A DNA stretch of 64,000 nt, taken from positions 7,874,001 through 7,938,000 of the forward strand of contig OZ316776.1 of assembly GCA_973851085.1 (NCBI GenBank). The letters are read 5' to 3'. This document shows, one piece after another, positions 54,245 through 64,000 of this stretch. Made by a program: the position numbers and the translations under genes. The notes under the pieces are model-generated. The model saw nothing but the letters and a program-made list of their open reading frames with translations. It was not told the origin of the DNA and ran no database searches. Positions within the stretch are counted from its first letter, which is position 1; each line of letters begins with the position of its first letter. This DNA is from Ptychomitrium polyphyllum (taxonomy: Eukaryota).

Positions 54245-55653
54245 TCTCCCACCGGCCCCCACCCCGCCCGTGCGCCCGCAGCAAGGGGAGTCCGGTGGTG
54301 AGCTAGGCCGGGCGGGCGGGCGGGCGGGAGAGCGGGCGTCTCTATCACAGGTTGCTGGCAGCGGGGGTGGCGAGCGTCTCCTTGCTTGGCGTGGAGCGGC
54401 CTCTTGTTTTGCCTTCCGTCCCAGTTTGCGCACCGGGGCCTTGCCTCTGTCTCGCTTTACCTTGCCAACCCTGCCGTGCCGTGCATCCCATCATCTCCAT
54501 TTCGCTTCTGCGTCCCCATTGCTCTCCGCGCTCCCTCACTCTGCCTTCGCAGCCTAGCAATCTAACGCCGCGCTCGCAGGTGCTCCCATCATGGCGTCCT
54601 TTACTGTTTGATGCCGATTTCATAGCCTGCCTTTCAAGCCAGTGTTGCTGCCTTTTCTTTCGATTGCATGGCCTTTGGAGTGTTGGATTGTAATTCTCAT
54701 GTGTTTGTTGTGTTGGGAATCGCGAGAGAGAGAGAGCGAGAGAGAGCGAGAGAAAGAGAGAGAGAGGCAGCGGTCTCATTCCTACTTGCGAGGGAGTGGG
54801 TGAGGTTTTGAAAGAAGCCGCGGTGATGAATGCGAGGGAGTGTGTCTTGTACCATATCTTTCCCCTGGTTCTGAGGTTGTTTTTTCCTATATTTAAATGT
54901 ATTTTTTTCATTTAATTTTTTTGAAAGGTACGAGGCTGTGAATCTCGTTGCTATTGGTGATGGTTGTGGTGTTTGGCGAGGGGCGTGGTGGTGCGTTGGA
55001 TTTTGTGGCTTGGATAGTGTGAGTCATTTTTCCCGTTAGTCGTTGACATTGGCGTTGATCGGATTTTCTAGGTTATTTGAACTTTGGAGTTGGTGCTGTT
55101 TCTGGATTTGGTGGCTTCGAGTTTCAGCACTGCGATTTGGTGACTTCGCTACTTGAAGATCGGGCTATTGGATGCCATTGTGTTCCTCTTAATCGTGTTT
55201 CCCGAATTTTATGATTACGCCAAGTGCAGGCGTGACCTACACGTAGCGTGCATGACGCGGTTCTCCCAGCCGTCGTTCGGTTGGTGAGAAGGTTTGCTGA
55301 AGTTGGACTGCTGGCTGAGATCCTGAGCCCTTCGGGTCGTTCTCCATGTTCTAGGGAAGCGAGGGGTGGTCTGCGAGCTCTCTGTGGCATGGGGATCGTA
55401 GAATGCCGCGGTGTCTGTCCGTGCTGTTGCCGGTTTTACATCCCTGGATTCTCATTCTACCCGATTTAGTGCTGAAGAAGATCATAGCCCTCGATCTCGG
55501 CGCTGTTTGATTGATCCTTAATCAGGCCTGCCTATTGCTTGCCTCTCAGTAAAACCTACCAATAGATGTAGAGTTAATGCAGGCGAGTAGACTAAGATAA
55601 TCCGTACCCTGGGGGTGGAAGTGAGGCGTGCTTATGTAGACTAAGTTGCTTGC
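54245..55653 (+). promoter_or_regulatory. CpG-rich promoter and 5' leader of kinesin-13, with probable leader intron 54928-55582
   Basis: CpG-rich region with a (GGGC)n run at 54310-54328, a pyrimidine-rich stretch, (GA)n, a donor AAG|GTACGA at 54928 and an acceptor ATGCAG at 55582. The transcription start is not determined. Confidence 0.55.
54723..54766. repeat. Imperfect (GA)n microsatellite in the kinesin-13 leader
   Basis: cgagagagagagagcgagagagagcgagagaaagagagagagag read directly. Confidence 0.9.
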
Positions 55654-62505
<6,852 letters not shown>

Positions 62506-64000
62506 CCCCTCAGGTGCCGTTATAGAAGCTCCACCTCTTGATGGTCTGGCATATCTTTCGTTCGTACTGGTAAAACCCAGTAAGTGCCTCAGATAACAGG
62601 CTGTTTGTGCCTGTTTGTTGTTGTCCTTTTACTCATGTTAGTCTTCCTGCGGAGGACGTTAAATCTGGCTAGGGTCTTTGGAGCAAGGCATGCTGCTGGC
62701 ATATATTAGTTTTCGGATACAGTCAAGATGATTGGACTGGACAAAGAGCCTTAGTAGGAGGCTTGTTGTCAGGCCAGAGTGGTTATATAGCTGCTGCTAA
62801 GGTCACAGTAGCTCGTAATACTCCTGAATGTGTTTGTTAAGCTTGCTCGCAACTGCACCAAAGGTCTTACGTCCAGCCATGTAGTTTGTATTTGAAAATA
62901 GCCAAAGTTTATGTGCATCTTTGTATCAAACATTGAAACATATGTCCTCATTTTCTTCTAGGGTTGCTACAATTCCATTGTGGCGGTTACGTTAAATTGT
63001 CGAGTTCACTGCTGACCGGCAAATGAGCTTATTGTATCTGAAAATTTAGAAATTCTGAAACTATTCCTTGAAGCCCAATCATTCTGTGATTGTGCACGAT
63101 GGAATGTCTACATGGCACAGGTTGCTTTAAAGACTTTTTACACTGTCTGCGGTACAAAATTGCACGTGATTGTGACCTGCGGCCACATTGTTGTCAAGAT
63201 TTAGGATATAGAAAGATAAACCATGTATGTGATTTCTGTTTGGTCTCTAAATTTCACATCATGGGAGCCTTAGATTGACGAAACTGCTAGGTATTAAATA
63301 ATCTGTGACATTGAAGTGAATTCTAGTTTCCAAACTACATATCAGCAGGCTGTGTAAGTAGAGAGTAAGAGCAGCAAAATCATGAGATGCTGCATACGAG
63401 ATGTAATTTATGTGTAAGAGGTGTTTAGTACCAATGGTGACGTAGGGTGAATGTAAGGATTGCTGAGACTAAATTATTAATGAGTACAGTATCAGCACAT
63501 AATTTCTATTGACACTCAAACACGGCATTGAATTTTCATTTAGGAAATTGTACCATTGCTTACTAGCACCTTCGACACTTGCATTGTTGTCACTGTGTTT
63601 TTCCACCCTTCTTATACTATCACAACCTGACTCTTTGAGGAGGACCTAAATTTCTGACAAATTCTCTCAAAAGGCAGAGTTCAATAAATTTTATAGAGTT
63701 ATTTGTAAGTTCATCTTCTTTGGAATACAATAATTGACACCTTCAAAAAATAAAGGTGCTACCAAAACTACCAAAAATAGCCAAAAATGGGTCCATCTAT
63801 AATACTTCACCTTACAAGACAATAAATCATGATCTATAGAACGGATGTCCTACACTAAAATTGGGTTGTAGATCCAATTTTTGAAAAGAAAAAGCTTTCA
63901 AAAAATATGCTCATCATCCAAAATTGGAATCACATATATTTTGTGTTTCTACTTTACAAATTTAAGAAGGATTAATTTAACAAGATCCATCTTTTTTACT

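Noticed and set aside
53425..55469. Many 65-190 aa ORFs on both strands
   Set aside because: Expected in a GC-rich promoter/leader; no domain signatures.

Overview
Eukaryotic land-plant genomic DNA, most likely a moss or other bryophyte. This is inferred from GT-AG introns, plant-type proteins and a retained flagellar gene. I reconstructed five intron-containing genes by hand with phase-consistent splice sites: (1) a 5'-truncated, highly divergent DUF151 (bifunctional nuclease family) + UVR-domain gene, + strand, <1-2543; (2) an AP2/ERF group V (SHINE/WIN1/ESE3-like) transcription factor, - strand, 20583-21656; (3) COG3/Sec34 with only one coding intron, - strand, 33926-37065; (4) an AT-rich MYCBP-associated-protein-like (MYCBPAP, cilia) gene, + strand, 41687-48084; (5) kinesin-13 with a ~9x18-aa internal repeat, + strand, 55654-62505. 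Intergenic DNA is CpG-depleted and alternates between CAG/CTG-rich and CAG/CTG-poor blocks. It also contains several minisatellites, a 62-bp duplication, two fold-back/MITE-like elements upstream of kinesin-13 and a 100-N assembly gap. No tRNA, rRNA, CRISPR array or intact transposon ORF was recognised. Family assignments come from motif recognition, not from database searches.
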